A stretch of 64,000 nucleotides of DNA from the NCBI RefSeq assembly GCF_035084215.1, contig NW_027138407.1, positions 1,488,001 to 1,552,000 on the forward strand. Direction: 5' to 3'. Below, one piece after another: positions 62,172 to 64,000 of this stretch. The DNA comes from Heptranchias perlo. Taxonomy: Eukaryota. Each line of letters begins with the position of its first letter. Positions within the stretch are counted from its first letter, which is position 1. Under the pieces are notes generated by a model. The model had not been told where the DNA came from. It ran no database searches and was given only the letters and a program-made list of their open reading frames with translations. The position numbers were made by a program, and so were the translations under genes.

Positions 62172-64000
62172 GGTGTGTGGTTTAGAGTTCGACAGAAAAT
62201 AACGGAATGTTTTCAATATGTTGACGCTTCTTGTCTGGTATTAAAGAGTAAACTCAGATCAGGGGCAGGATTCACTTATTGGAAAACTAAGGGGCGTTTC
62301 CCAGGGACCGGATTGGCTGATCTCTCAGCATTGATGCCAGCTGTGCACCAATCACAGTTAGTTGTGGACGAATTAACTGATGGCTCTCTCCCAACGCTTT
62401 CCTCCCCTGTCTGTGTCTGTCAGCCTCATTTTCTTTCTCTGTGTCTCTCTGTCAATCTTTCTGTCTCCCTCTCTTTCTCTCTTTCTGTGTGCTTACCTCT
62501 GTGTCTTTATCCCTATACCGCACTCTGTCTCTATTTCCGTTTCTGTCCCTCTCTCTCGATCTCTCTCTGTCCGTGACACTCTATTTCTCTGCCATTCACT
62601 AATTCTGTCTGTTACTCTGTTTTTCTCTTTCAGTTTCTATGCCTCCCTCTGTCTCAATCTCTTCCTCCCCTTTCTCGCTCCAAATCTCTCTGTGTGTCCC
62701 AATCTCTTTCTTTATTTCTCTCCCTCTCTCTCTTTCTTTCTCTCTTTCACTCTCTCTCTCACTCTTTCTATCTCTCTCTCATTAAGGTGACAAGTAAAAA
62801 ATATCCGAATCAGTCTCGATCCCCGGTATGACGGAGTTCTCGCCACAATCAATGAGCTCCATTCATAGTCACCCAGTCTTAAGGTCACGAGGGACACGAG
62901 AAGTAGAGAAATCTCTTCAAAGCTGCCGGCGGATTTGAACTTGTACCAGTAAAGTGCTGATTTCAGTCAGTCACAATTTCTAACGCTTCGGATCCCAGGG
63001 GCTTTGATGAGTGAAGTCCCTGAGGCCTCCCTTTGAGATGAGACAGTTTCTGAACGATGAGACCCGATGGATCTGCACCAGATCCAGGACTTTTACTTGT
63101 ACAGATTGATTATGCTCTTCATTCCAGAGGTCTGCAAGTCGGTGATAACAGGGGGCTGGAAATGTCTGAATCCGGCACTGAACTAATTGGTTGAGAAATG
63201 TCACATTTCCCAACACTGACAGCACTGACTTTAACGAGAGAAAACCGCTTGAATCAGCCTGGGATGAATCAGCTGGAGAAGAAGATGGGAAAATGTTTTA
63301 GGTTTGGGGAATATTATTGGAAGGTTCCAATATCACCGACCTGTGAACAGGGCAATAAGTAGATCAGGCAAAGTTTCACGTCCACTATTTCAGTCTAAAC
63401 TCCAGAAAAAAAGAGACTGTCTTTAAGGGGCCTACGACGGAAGGCGCTAAAACAGCGGAGGGATCTGATCAGATGTTCTGCGATTTATTTTTGTTCAAAT
63501 CAGCCTCGATCCCCAATATCACGGGGATTTGTGTCTCTCTGAACAATCATTTCCTGCATATGGCTATCAGAGAGCGCCCTCCTGTGGACAGTACAAGCCT
63601 CACACAGTTCATTGCAAATACAAACACAACAGATACACTCATAAACACGCACATGGAGACATTGAGAGATTAACACACACAAATACAGACAAACATATAT
63701 TTGCATACACGCCAACATAAACACAGATGCACCTAATGGTTGATATCTGTGGAGATGATTGATGTGCATTCAGCTCTAAGTTGTGCAAAATGACAGATCT
63801 TTAACAAATGATCAGAGAACGCCCACCTATGTGTACAATAATCCTCCCACAAAACATTCAACACACAGGTACAACCACGGACAGAGAGGCACTAACTGCT
63901 TGATTGTACCTCTCACATCAAGAAAATGCAAAGACCAGCCAAAATATGACACATGAACGGTTTTGACAGTGAAAATAAGGAGAATTTGTTTCCAATTGGA

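Larger units (their letters stand above)
470..64000. repeat. Tandem array of ~2.0-2.9-kb V-gene units
   Basis: Same module order repeats throughout; V12-V13-V14 are spaced 2851 and 2853 bp. Confidence 0.92.

Noticed and set aside
470-64000. CRISPR-like or prokaryotic repeat system; D, J or C segments; IgNAR or IgH-type V
   Set aside because: Repeats are kb-scale eukaryotic gene duplications. I saw no 12-RSS, FGxG J motif with RSS, C exon or NAR/VH-like exon.

Overview
This is vertebrate DNA, most likely from a cartilaginous fish (judged from the CR1 and L2/CR1-type LINE sequences). It is part of a T-cell receptor alpha/delta variable-gene array, with all genes on the minus strand. There are 22 V exons, each followed by a 23-bp-spacer RSS. 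One is a divergent, leaderless V (988-1297, 'family A'). The other 21 form one tandemly amplified family ('family B': 46-nt leader exon, ~85-bp intron, 298-309-nt V exon) with a fixed non-canonical heptamer, CACACTG. Three further units have lost their V by deletion. Each 2-2.9-kb unit also carries a CR1 3' fragment, a CT-rich tract, a CCAAT/E-box promoter and a cluster of CTCF-like motifs. The main hidden structure is that the ancestral unit appears to have been a two-V cassette. Most units keep an orphan 46-nt leader exon (MEVKLCLTLVIVLITG/gt) of the family-A gene whose V exon was deleted, while the only surviving family-A V exon has lost exactly that leader. The window also has a young 5'-truncated LINE (25481-27060), a ~7-kb near-identical duplication, mosaic V genes and a 131-bp N gap. 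No D, J or C segments were seen.
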